Origin: an uncultured Anaerolinea sp.
GTDB lineage: Bacteria > Chloroflexota > Anaerolineae > Anaerolineales > UBA4823
Assembly (NCBI GenBank): GCA_964503145.1
Contig: CAZCYV010000009.1
Coordinates: 47,874 to 111,873 of the forward strand
DNA: 64,000 nt
Reading direction: 5' to 3'
The position numbers and the translations under genes were made by a program. The notes beneath the pieces were generated by a model that had not been told where the DNA came from, made no database searches, and saw only the letters and a list, made by a program, of their open reading frames with translations. Positions 19,429 to 28,274 of this stretch are shown in pieces; within the stretch, counting starts at the first letter, position 1; every line of letters begins with the position of its first letter.

Positions 19429-19911
19429 TTATCTCCCGGTATAGATTAACCGGAAGCGCTCGCACACCACCGGCATCTTTACCTGCGGCTGGCGTCCGAT
19501 TTTGGCGCAGACGCGGGAGAAAAACTGCCAGTGCGCCTCTCGCCAGTACCCTAACGACAGGTCGCCTTCGCCCTCGTCGGCTGCAAAATCTGCACCCACC
19601 TCATCATACGGCAGGATGCGCACTTCGCTGGTCTGGATGACGCATTGCGGCTCCCCATCAAAGCGGATGACCACGCTGTAGCCCCCCACCTGGGGCAACG
19701 CCTCGCCCTCCGCTTCGTACTCCCACAACAGCGAGGCGGTAGCGGTCTTCTTGCCCATTACGACCAGCTCGGCCAGCTTATCCGCCAGTTCTCTCGAATC
19801 GCCAAAGAACCACGCCTCGAAGGGCGTCTCCGCTTCGATTTCTGGGTGCGCCTGGCGGAAAGCCTGCCAGAAGGCGCGCACCGCTGATGTATCGGTGAAA
19901 GTCTCACTCAT
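19429..19911 (-). CDS. ASCH-domain protein
   Basis: 160 aa with AWFFGDS...LAELVVMGKKTATASLLWEYE...YWREAHWQFF, typical of ASCH/YqfB-like proteins. Its ATG overlaps the stop of the upstream PglC-like gene (ATGA). Confidence 0.7.
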   Translation of the reverse strand: MSETFTDTSAVRAFWQAFRQAHPEIEAETPFEAWFFGDSRELADKLAELVVMGKKTATASLLWEYEAEGEALPQVGGYSVVIRFDGEPQCVIQTSEVRILPYDEVGADFAADEGEGDLSLGYWREAHWQFFSRVCAKIGRQPQVKMPVVCERFRLIYTGR

Positions 19912-20537
19912 CCCTGTTCCTCGATCTCATTGCCCATGAATTCCTCCGCGGTGGCGTGCCCCGGCTGGCTGATCCCTTCCCGCTTGATCACCTTCCACAA
20001 AGTCATCCCCAGGATGCGCAGATCCAGCCAGAAGGACCAGTGGTCCACGTACCACACATCCAGCCGGAATTTGTCTTCCCAGGTCAGGGCGTTGCGCCCG
20101 TTCACCTGCGCCCAGCCGGTGATCCCCGGCAGCACGGCGTGGCGGCGGGCCTGCTCCGGCGAGTAGCGCCCCAAATACTGCATCAGCAGCGGGCGCGGCC
20201 CCACCAGGCTCATCTCGCCGCGCAGCACGTTGAACAGTTCAGGCAGTTCGTCCAGGCTGCTGGCCCGCAGGAAGCGCCCCAAACGGGTGAGCCGTTCGGC
20301 GTCTGGCAGGAGCTTCCCCTGCGCATCGCGCGCCTCGGTCATCGTGCGGAATTTGTAGATGTAGAAAGGCTTGCCAAAACGACCCGGTCGCAATTGGGTG
20401 AACAGCACCGGCGAGCCGTGCGCCAGCCGCACCGCCAGCGCGATCAGCAACAAGATAGGCGACAGCAGCACTAACCCGATGGCGGTCAGAGTCAGATCGA
20501 AGATGCGCTTGGAATACGGCACGCCTTGAGGCAACAT
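19908..20537 (-). CDS. small monotopic phosphoglycosyl transferase (bacterial sugar transferase, PglC/EpsL/WbaP-C-terminal type)
   Basis: 209 aa with an N-terminal reentrant helix, YIYKFRTM and SLVGPRPLL motifs. Confidence 0.88.
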   Translation of the reverse strand: MLPQGVPYSKRIFDLTLTAIGLVLLSPILLLIALAVRLAHGSPVLFTQLRPGRFGKPFYIYKFRTMTEARDAQGKLLPDAERLTRLGRFLRASSLDELPELFNVLRGEMSLVGPRPLLMQYLGRYSPEQARRHAVLPGITGWAQVNGRNALTWEDKFRLDVWYVDHWSFWLDLRILGMTLWKVIKREGISQPGHATAEEFMGNEIEEQG

Positions 20538-20560
20538 CTGCTGTAGCCTGCCTTTGCGGC

Positions 20561-23500
20561 TCAGGCGACCGCCTCGCCGACCCGCTCAGCGGGGAGCGCC
20601 GCTTCGACCTGGAGTTTATTCAAGACTTCGTAAAGCGTTTCCATCCAATCCAACGCCTCGTTGAACCCCAGCCACAGCGCCGCTTTGCCCACCCGCACCG
20701 ACGGCCCCAGATCGGGGAGATTCGCAGGCATCATGCCCTCTGGGTAGCGCAGCACGATTTGCTTGCCTTCCACGACGATCGAAGCCAGCCCGGCGCGCTC
20801 CGCCAGCAGCTTGATCTTGAGCTGATACAGCAGGTTCTTCACCGGCTCTGGCGGCGGGCCGAAGCGATCTTTGAATTCCTCCGCCAGCGCATCCAGCTCT
20901 GCTGGCGAGCGCATGTCCGCCATGCGCCGATACAACCCCAGGCGCACGTTCTTGTCAGCCACGTAATCTGAGGGGATTGCCACCGGCAGGGGCAATTCGA
21001 CGTTGACCGGGGTGAGTTGCAGGTTGAGCGTCGAGGGCATCGGCGCCGCCGGCAGCCCTTGCTCTTTGCGCAGGCGGCGCACGGCCTCCGCCAGCAGCGC
21101 GGTGTACAGGTGAAAGCCTACCGCAGCGATGTGCCCGTGCTGGCGCGTCCCCAGGATGTCGCCGGTGCCGCGGATCTCCAGGTCGCGCATGGCGATCGAA
21201 AAGCCGGCGCCGAGTTGGGTGTTCTCGGCGATCGTCTCCAGCCGCTGACGCCCCTCGTAAGTCGGCGATTTGCGATTGTGGCGGAAGAAGTAGGCGTAGG
21301 CGCGCTGCGCCCCGCGCCCCACCCGCCCGCGCAACTGGTAAAGCTGCGCCAGGCCAAAGGTGTCCGCACGGTCCACGATCAGCGTGTTGGCGTTGGGGAT
21401 GTCCAGCCCGGACTCGATGATCGAGGTGCACAGCAGGATATCCACTTCCCCATGCGAGAACTGCTCCATGCGCTTCGCCAGCTCGCTTTCCGCCATCTGT
21501 CCGTGCGCCACGGCGATGCGCGCTTCGGGCACCAGTTGCCTGAGATGGGAGAGCATCGCTTCGATCGTTTGCACCCGGTTATGGACGAAGAAGATCTGCC
21601 CGCCGCGCTCCAGCTCGCGCAGGATCGCCTGTTTGACCAGCTTGGGCGAATACGGGCCGACGTGGGTCACAATCGGCAGGCGCTCTTCTGGCGGCGTGTT
21701 GATGGTCGAAATATCGCGCACCCCGCTGAGGGCCATGTACAGGGTGCGTGGGATGGGCGTGGCGGTCAGGGTGAGCACGTCCACTTCGGTGCGCATCTTT
21801 TTCAACGCTTCTTTGTGCGTCACGCCGAAGCGTTGCTCTTCATCGATGATCAGCAACCCCAAATCCTTGAATTTCACATCCGAGGAGAGCAGGCGATGAG
21901 TGCCGATGACGATGTCCACCTGACCCTTCTCCAGGCGCGTGAGGATCTCCCGCTGTTGCTGCGGCGTGCGGAAGCGCGAGAGCATCTCCACCGTCACCGG
22001 GAAAGCCGCCAGCCGCTGGCTGAAGGTGTTGTAATGTTGCTGCGCCAGCACCGTGGTGGGCACCAGAATGGCGGTCTGCTTGCCGTCCAGCACTGCTTTG
22101 AACGCCGCCCGCAGCGCCACCTCCGTCTTGCCATAGCCCACATCGCCGCAGATCAGGCGGTCCATCGGACGTTTCGATTGCATGTCGCGCTTGACCTCGG
22201 CGATCACCCGCACCTGGTCTTCGGTTTCGATGTACGGGAAGCTGGCCTCCAACTCCTGCTGCCAGGCGTTGTCCTCCGCAAACGCGTAGCCCTCCACCAT
22301 GCTGCGCCTGGCGTACAATTCCAGCAGGTCTTCGGCCACCTCCTTCACGGCTTCTTTGACGTGGGATTTGACGCTCTTCCACTCCGGGCTTCCCAGGCGG
22401 CTCAGCGTGGGCGGACGGTTGTCTGGCCCGACGTAGCGCGTCAGCCGGTCTGCCTGATGGATGGGGACGAAAAGCTGCGCCTCGTCGGCGTATTCCACGC
22501 ACAGGTATTCCCGCTCGACGCCGTCGATGGCGCGGCGCACCAGCCCCAGGTAGCGCCCGATGCCATGATCGACGTGGACGACGTAATCCTGGATCTGCAG
22601 GTCGCTGTAACCCGCCTCCGGCGCTTCGGCCGCGGGTCGGGCGCGCTGACGCGGCTCAGGACGTCGCCAGCCGAAGATTTCGCCGTCGGTGAGCAGGTGA
22701 AATTGGCGGCCGTCTGGAGCTTTGTAGGACCAGCCCTCGCTCAGGCTGCCCTCGATGAAATCCAGCGGCGCCAGATCGGCCGGAGTCCTCTGCTCCTGCC
22801 AAAGTTCGCGCAGGCGCGCTGCCTGCCGCGAGACGATCACGACTCGCTCCTGCGCAGTCAGGCGCTCGCGGATGAACTCCATCACTGGTTTCAGCCGCCC
22901 GGCGAAGCGCGGCCCGGCCGAAAAGCGTTCGGCCAGATCCACCTGTATCTCTGCAGGCGGCACTCCTTCCACTTCGGTTGCGCTTCCATGCCCCAGGTCC
23001 AGCGTGGCGTGGGCGCTCAACGCCTCCTGAATTTCCTCCAGCGTCAGATATGGGATCGGGAAATCCGCCGGAAGCGTGCCCTCGCGGATAGAGTCCTGAC
23101 GCATCGCTACCGCCTGCTCCTCCACTTCGGTGATGGCGTCTGCGAGCGCCTGGCGGTCGTCCAGCACCACCAACGCCTGGCGCGGCAGGTAATCCAGCAG
23201 GCTGGCGGGCATCGGGTGCAGCACGGGGATGTAGAACTCCGAGTTGTAATCTCCTGCTTGTTCGAGGTTCGCCTGCGGGTTGGTCAGAAACTCGCGCGCC
23301 GGGGTGATCAGCAGGCGTTGCAGCGGTCCTACATCGGTTGACTTGACGGTGCGCTGGGTGGCAGGATCGAAACGGCGGATGGTCTCGATTTCGTCGCCGA
23401 AAAATTCCAGCCGCAGCGGTTGCGCCTCCGCCGGAGGCCACAGATCCAACAACCCACCCCGCCGGGCGAATTGCCCCGGCGCGATGACGATGTTGGCGCT

Positions 23501-24013
23501 TTCATAGCCCAGCATGAGGCAGGCGCGCGCCAGGTCGTCCAGTGTCGAGGTCTGTCCCACCTTCAGCGTGCGCGAGGCCTTGAGAAAATCTCGCCGCGGC
23601 AGGGTGCGGGTCATCACGGCGCGCGCTGGCGCCACCAGCAAGGGCGGCCGGGATGGCTGAGGCGCGCCGGGGATGTGGTAGGTAGCCAGCGCTGTCAGGG
23701 CTGCCAGCCGGTCTTGTCGGGTGGACTCGCCCCAGGCCGCCGGTTCATAGAAGAGCGGCGTTGGCTCTGGGAATGGCAGCCGGCGCGCCTCCGGCGCCCA
23801 CAGGCCGAGTTCCTCCATCAGCGTCAGGGCATGGTCGGCGCGGTCGGTGATCAGCAATATTGGCTGGTTCGCCGCCCGCTGCAAGGCGGCCAGCATCGGC
23901 AGGCGCGCCGAGCGGCGCAGCCCCAGCGCAGGGATCGCCCGGCGCGCCTGAAGCGCCTCGAGCAGCGCCCGGGCGGGCGGAAGCAGTTCTTCTAGCAGCG
24001 CGTCCAAAGTCAT
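20561..24013 (-). CDS. mfd: transcription-repair coupling factor
   Basis: 1150 aa with a CarD-like segment, helicase motifs GDVGYGKTEVALRA and DEEQRFGV, and a TRCF C-terminus. Confidence 0.93.
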   Translation of the reverse strand: MTLDALLEELLPPARALLEALQARRAIPALGLRRSARLPMLAALQRAANQPILLITDRADHALTLMEELGLWAPEARRLPFPEPTPLFYEPAAWGESTRQDRLAALTALATYHIPGAPQPSRPPLLVAPARAVMTRTLPRRDFLKASRTLKVGQTSTLDDLARACLMLGYESANIVIAPGQFARRGGLLDLWPPAEAQPLRLEFFGDEIETIRRFDPATQRTVKSTDVGPLQRLLITPAREFLTNPQANLEQAGDYNSEFYIPVLHPMPASLLDYLPRQALVVLDDRQALADAITEVEEQAVAMRQDSIREGTLPADFPIPYLTLEEIQEALSAHATLDLGHGSATEVEGVPPAEIQVDLAERFSAGPRFAGRLKPVMEFIRERLTAQERVVIVSRQAARLRELWQEQRTPADLAPLDFIEGSLSEGWSYKAPDGRQFHLLTDGEIFGWRRPEPRQRARPAAEAPEAGYSDLQIQDYVVHVDHGIGRYLGLVRRAIDGVEREYLCVEYADEAQLFVPIHQADRLTRYVGPDNRPPTLSRLGSPEWKSVKSHVKEAVKEVAEDLLELYARRSMVEGYAFAEDNAWQQELEASFPYIETEDQVRVIAEVKRDMQSKRPMDRLICGDVGYGKTEVALRAAFKAVLDGKQTAILVPTTVLAQQHYNTFSQRLAAFPVTVEMLSRFRTPQQQREILTRLEKGQVDIVIGTHRLLSSDVKFKDLGLLIIDEEQRFGVTHKEALKKMRTEVDVLTLTATPIPRTLYMALSGVRDISTINTPPEERLPIVTHVGPYSPKLVKQAILRELERGGQIFFVHNRVQTIEAMLSHLRQLVPEARIAVAHGQMAESELAKRMEQFSHGEVDILLCTSIIESGLDIPNANTLIVDRADTFGLAQLYQLRGRVGRGAQRAYAYFFRHNRKSPTYEGRQRLETIAENTQLGAGFSIAMRDLEIRGTGDILGTRQHGHIAAVGFHLYTALLAEAVRRLRKEQGLPAAPMPSTLNLQLTPVNVELPLPVAIPSDYVADKNVRLGLYRRMADMRSPAELDALAEEFKDRFGPPPEPVKNLLYQLKIKLLAERAGLASIVVEGKQIVLRYPEGMMPANLPDLGPSVRVGKAALWLGFNEALDWMETLYEVLNKLQVEAALPAERVGEAVA

Positions 24014-24016
24014 GCT

Positions 24017-24601
24017 CTACACCGCTCCGTTATAACGGTTCATCGCCGCCTCCAGCCCCTCGACGACGAAGACCAGCGCCGCTTCGGCCGCCCGATCCAG
24101 GACCGGCCCCAGGAGTTCCCTTTCGCCGGCCGAAAAATCTTGCAGCACGTAGTCTGCGGCGTCCATCCGCCCCGGCGGCCGGCCAATCCCCAACCGTAAG
24201 CGGGGGAATTCCTGGGTTCCCAGCCGCTCGATGATCGAGGCCATCCCTTTTTGCCCTGCCGAACCTCCGCCCGGGCGCAGCCTGAGTGTGCCCAGCGGCA
24301 GGTCCACGTCGTCGTAGGCGATCAGCAGGTTGCTCAGCGGGACTTTGTAAAAGCGCACCAACGCTCCCACCGCCTGGCCGGACAGATTCATGAACGTTTG
24401 CGGCTTTGCCAGCACGATCCGCCGCCCCTGGTGTTCGCCCTTGGTCACCAGCGCTTTGGACTCCAGGCGCGAGAACTTCACCCCCAGGCGCTCGGCCAGC
24501 CGGTCTGCCAGCATGAAGCCGATGTTGTGGCGGTTGTAGCGGTAATGCGGGCCAGGGTTTCCCAGCCCGACGATCAGATAAGGGAAATTGTCCTCGACCA
24601 T
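24017..24601 (-). CDS. pth: peptidyl-tRNA hydrolase
   Basis: LIVGLGNPGPHYRYNRHNIGF; 194 aa. Ends 3 nt before the mfd start. Confidence 0.93.
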   Translation of the reverse strand: MVEDNFPYLIVGLGNPGPHYRYNRHNIGFMLADRLAERLGVKFSRLESKALVTKGEHQGRRIVLAKPQTFMNLSGQAVGALVRFYKVPLSNLLIAYDDVDLPLGTLRLRPGGGSAGQKGMASIIERLGTQEFPRLRLGIGRPPGRMDAADYVLQDFSAGERELLGPVLDRAAEAALVFVVEGLEAAMNRYNGAV

Positions 24602-24613
24602 TTTTTTCGCGCT

Positions 24614-25312
24614 TCAATCGGGCGGCCGCCTCAACCGTCGCAGCATCCCGTACAGGCTCGCCAGCGCAAAGATCCCGACCACCGCAAGCCCGCCCTGGAG
24701 CATGCTGCTCAGCACCTGCGCCCGGCTCAGGATGGCGGGGTTGGGCGGCAGCGGCGTGGAAGTCGGCGGGCGCGGAGTTCCTGTCGGGGCGGGCGTAGCG
24801 CTGGGGATCGGCGTGTCCTGCGGCAGCGGGGTGGGGCTGGGGGTGACCGGGGTTGGCGTATCGCTTTCGATTGCCGTGTAGTTGCGCACCCGCAACCCGG
24901 CCGCCAGAGCGGTCTGCTGCGATCCATCAGCCAGTCTGATGGTCAGCCGCAGGGTGTACACCCCGTCGCTGATCTGGCTGGTGTCCCACTGCGTCAGCGC
25001 CTGGCCCGTAACCGGCTGGCTGCCCTGAAAGATCGGGAACCAGGTGCCGGTCGGGTCACTGGCATAAGCAAAGGTTAGTTCGAGCGCTTCGAAGCCCTCG
25101 ACCGGCGTGTCCACCACGATCGGCACGGCGCCCTGCAGCGCCTGGCCCGGGAGCGGCGACAGTATGGCGGCCGAATGCGGCGCTGTCTCAGGAGCGCTCG
25201 CCGGCGGCGTCGGGCTGGCCGTCGCCTGCGCCTGGAAAGCGCGCGCTGGCGCCGCCCACAGACAGGCCAGCGCCGCCAGGCAAAACCCCAGGAAGCTCAA
25301 ACATCGCCGCAT
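24614..25312 (-). CDS. secreted hypothetical protein: signal peptide, Ig-like domain, Pro/Thr linker, C-terminal TM anchor
   Basis: Signal peptide MRRCLSFLGFCLAALACLWAAPARA, a PT-rich stretch TPTPVTPSPTPLPQDTPIPSATPAPTGTPRPPTSTP, and a terminal TM followed by RRLRRPPD. Confidence 0.55.
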   Translation of the reverse strand: MRRCLSFLGFCLAALACLWAAPARAFQAQATASPTPPASAPETAPHSAAILSPLPGQALQGAVPIVVDTPVEGFEALELTFAYASDPTGTWFPIFQGSQPVTGQALTQWDTSQISDGVYTLRLTIRLADGSQQTALAAGLRVRNYTAIESDTPTPVTPSPTPLPQDTPIPSATPAPTGTPRPPTSTPLPPNPAILSRAQVLSSMLQGGLAVVGIFALASLYGMLRRLRRPPD

Positions 25313-25387
25313 CGCAAAGATTTAGTTTAACACGGAGCGCGGCGCTGGTCAACCGCCCCGCGTTTGCGGTTTATGATCCATCGTTAA

Positions 25388-25416
25388 TTGACATTTCAGG
25401 CCATATTAGTTACAAT
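25388..25416 (+). promoter_or_regulatory. sigma-70-like promoter of the gcvT-like operon
   Basis: TTGACA (25388-25393), a 17-nt spacer, then TACAAT (25411-25416). Confidence 0.6.
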
Positions 25417-25474
25417 TCCCTCGTCTGCTGGGGGAGCTCCCGCCAGCCGTAATCCATCCTTTGTTGGAGCGCCG

Positions 25475-26677
25475 ATGCCCCTGCCCACTCCCTTTCACCC
25501 CCGCCAGGCCGCCGCCATGGAAAGCCATGAATGGCGCAATTGGGCCGGTTACCTGGCCGCGGCGGTTTACGAGCCCGGCCACGAGCGCGAATATTTCGCC
25601 ATCCGCAACGCCGCGGCGCTGATCGACGTCTCGCCGCTGTTCAAGTATTCCTTTCGCGGTCCGCAGGCGCTGGCGGCGCTGAACCGTATCGTCACCCGCG
25701 ACCTCAGCCGCTGCGCCGTCGGCCAGGTGATCTACACCCCCTGGTGCGACGACGACGGCCAGGTGATCGACGACGGCACACTGCACCGCCTGGCAGACGA
25801 CGAATTCCTGCTCACCTCGGCAGAACCCTGCCTGGCCTGGCTGCAGGACGCCGCCTATGGCCTGGAGGTGCGCATCCGCGATCGCTCGGCGGAGCTGGCG
25901 GCGGTCGCCGTACAGGGGCCGCTCAGCCGCCAACTGCTCAAAGAAGTGGTGCAGGGCGCCGACCTGGACGGGCTGCGCTATTACCGCCTGACGCGGGGTA
26001 GTTTTCGCGCCTCCGGCGGCGAATTCCCGCTGACCATCTCCCGCACCGGCTACACCGGCGACCTGGGTTACGAGCTTTGGCTGGCGCCGGAAGCCGCCCC
26101 CGCCCTCTGGGAGCGGCTGCTCGCCGCCGGCGAAGGCTATGGGGCGCTGCCCGCCGGCATCGCCGCCCTCGACATCGCCCGCATCGAAGCCGGTCTGATC
26201 ATGCTCCAGGTGGATTACATCTCCTCCCGCCTGGCGCTGATCGAGGAGCAGAAATCTTCGCCCTACGAGCTGGGGCTGGGCTGGGCGGTGGCGCTGGACA
26301 AGCCGCACTTCATCGGCCGCCGGGCGCTGCTGGCGGAAGCGCAGCGCATCCCGGAATGGGTCTTGACCGGCGTGGAGGTGGACTGGCAGGCCCTGAGCGC
26401 CCTCTATGCCGCGGTCGGGCTGGCCCCTCAGGTCGCCGGGCGCGCCTCGCGCCAGGCCGCGCCGATCTATCAGGGGCGGCGCCAGGTCGGTTACGCCACC
26501 AGCCACACCTTTTCGCCGCTGCTCAAGAAATATATCGCCCTGGCGATCCTCAAACCGCAGGCGGCTACTGCCGGCGCGGAGCTGGAATTCGAAGTGACCG
26601 TGGAGCATGTCCGCCGCCGGGCGCGGGCGCGCCCGACGCCGCTGCCGTTCTTTAACCCGCCGCGCAAACGGGATTGA
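25475..26677 (+). CDS. aminomethyltransferase-family (GcvT/DmdA-like) folate-binding protein
   Basis: About 400 aa with the GcvT fold signature (FAIRNAAALIDVSPLFKY..., ISRTGYTGDLGYELW). The start is taken at MPLPTPF (ATG 25475), downstream of the promoter. Confidence 0.8.
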   Translation: MPLPTPFHPRQAAAMESHEWRNWAGYLAAAVYEPGHEREYFAIRNAAALIDVSPLFKYSFRGPQALAALNRIVTRDLSRCAVGQVIYTPWCDDDGQVIDDGTLHRLADDEFLLTSAEPCLAWLQDAAYGLEVRIRDRSAELAAVAVQGPLSRQLLKEVVQGADLDGLRYYRLTRGSFRASGGEFPLTISRTGYTGDLGYELWLAPEAAPALWERLLAAGEGYGALPAGIAALDIARIEAGLIMLQVDYISSRLALIEEQKSSPYELGLGWAVALDKPHFIGRRALLAEAQRIPEWVLTGVEVDWQALSALYAAVGLAPQVAGRASRQAAPIYQGRRQVGYATSHTFSPLLKKYIALAILKPQAATAGAELEFEVTVEHVRRRARARPTPLPFFNPPRKRD

Positions 26678-26695
26678 GCAGAAAGGAAAACGAAA

Positions 26696-28273
26696 GTGCA
26701 GGATTACGACGCCATTGTGATCGGCGGCGGGCATAACGGCCTGGTCAACGCCGCCTATCTGGCCAGGGCTGGCAAAAGGGTGCTGCTCCTGGAACGCCGC
26801 CCGCTGCTGGGCGGGGCCACGGCGACCGAGGAGATCGTCCCGGGCTTCAAATTCACCGTTTTCTCCTACGTCGTCAGCCTGCTGCGCCCCGAAATCGTGC
26901 GTGAACTGAACCTGCCCGCCCACGGGCTGACGGTGCTGCCGCTGGAAAGCACCCTCTCGCCCACCCCAGAGGGCGGTTTTCTCTTCCGCGACGGCGATCA
27001 CTACCGCACCTATCAGTCCATTGCCCGCTTTTCGCCGCGCGATGCCGACGCCTACGCCGATTACAGCCGCACGATGTATTTCATGGCCAAAGCGGTCAAG
27101 ACCGTCCTGGGGATCATCCCGCCGGACCCGGCCAGCTTTCACCCCGCCGACCTGCTGGGGCTGGCGCGGCTGGCGCGGGAATACCTGAACCTGCCCGCCG
27201 AGCAGTTCCACACCCTGGCGCGGCTGATGACGATGAGCGCAGCCGACTTCGTGGAGCGCTGGTTCGAATCCGAGCCGCTGCGGGGGACGCTCTCGGCCAG
27301 CGGGATCATCGGTACCTTCTTAGGCCCGCGCTCGCCCGGCACCGCCTATGTCCTGCTGCATCACTATATGGGCGAGATCGACGGCGTATTCCGCGCCTGG
27401 GGTTTCGCCAAGGGCGGCACGGGGGCCATCGCCGCGGCGATCGCCAGCGCGGCGCGCGCCCTGGGCGTCGAGATCCGCACCGAGGCGGAGGTCGCCCAGG
27501 TGCTGGTGCGCGACGGGCGCGCCTACGGCGTGGCGCTGGCCAACGGTGACGAAATCCATGCCCGGCGCATCGTCTCCAGCCTCGACCCGCGCCAGACCTT
27601 CGAGCGCTTTATCGAGCCGCGCTGGCTGCCGCCGGAGACGCTCGCCGACGTGCGCCGCTATCTCTACCGCGGCTCCTCCGGCAAGGTCAACCTGGCGCTG
27701 GATGGCCTGCCGGAGCTGGCCTGCTGGCCCGGCCGTGGGCGGCACCTGGCCGGGGCGATCTCGATCAGCCCCAGCGTGAAATACATCGAACAGGCCTACG
27801 ATCACGCCAAATACGGCGCTTTCTCCCCCCGCCCTTACATCGACATCATTCTGCCCTCGATGATCGACCCTGACATGGCTCCGCCCGGCAAGCATGTGAT
27901 GTCGTGCTTCGTGCAATACGCCCCCTACCACCTGCGCCAGGGGACGTGGGACGAACAGCGCGAAGCTTTCGGCGAGGCGGTGATCGACACCCTGAGCGAA
28001 TATTTCCCCAACCTGCGTTCGCTGATCGTCGGCAAACAGGTGCTCACCCCGCTCGATATCGAGCGCCGCACCGGCCTGACGGAGGGCAACATCTTCCAGG
28101 GCGAGCTCAGCCTTTCGCAGCTCTTCTTCCTGCGCCCGGCGCCCGGGCTGGCGCAATACAAGACGCCGGTGCGCGGCTATTATCAGTGCGGCTCGGCCTC
28201 ACATCCGGGCGGAGGGATCACCGGCGCGCCGGGTAGGCTGGCGGCGCTCGCCATTTTGAAGGATTGGAACTGA
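26696..28273 (+). CDS. FAD-dependent oxidoreductase, phytoene-desaturase (CrtI/COG1233) superfamily, PYROXD2-like
   Basis: GTG start. Dinucleotide-binding YDAIVIGGGHNGLVNAAYLARAGKRVLLLERRPLLGGA and a C-terminal GSASHPGGGITGAPG. Confidence 0.8.
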   Translation: MQDYDAIVIGGGHNGLVNAAYLARAGKRVLLLERRPLLGGATATEEIVPGFKFTVFSYVVSLLRPEIVRELNLPAHGLTVLPLESTLSPTPEGGFLFRDGDHYRTYQSIARFSPRDADAYADYSRTMYFMAKAVKTVLGIIPPDPASFHPADLLGLARLAREYLNLPAEQFHTLARLMTMSAADFVERWFESEPLRGTLSASGIIGTFLGPRSPGTAYVLLHHYMGEIDGVFRAWGFAKGGTGAIAAAIASAARALGVEIRTEAEVAQVLVRDGRAYGVALANGDEIHARRIVSSLDPRQTFERFIEPRWLPPETLADVRRYLYRGSSGKVNLALDGLPELACWPGRGRHLAGAISISPSVKYIEQAYDHAKYGAFSPRPYIDIILPSMIDPDMAPPGKHVMSCFVQYAPYHLRQGTWDEQREAFGEAVIDTLSEYFPNLRSLIVGKQVLTPLDIERRTGLTEGNIFQGELSLSQLFFLRPAPGLAQYKTPVRGYYQCGSASHPGGGITGAPGRLAALAILKDWN

Positions 28274-28274
28274 G

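Noticed and set aside
21017-23341. 774-aa ORF antisense to mfd
   Set aside because: Same artefact. The mfd strand carries clear helicase and TRCF motifs, while the antisense product is low-complexity and R/H/Q/A/G-rich.
25406-27211. 601-aa ORF antisense to the gcvT-like and first flavoprotein genes
   Set aside because: It spans two well-supported plus-strand genes and their junction, and has no recognisable domain. It is a high-GC antisense artefact. The same applies to the 35951-37756 antisense ORF over ahcY and the dGTPase-like gene.
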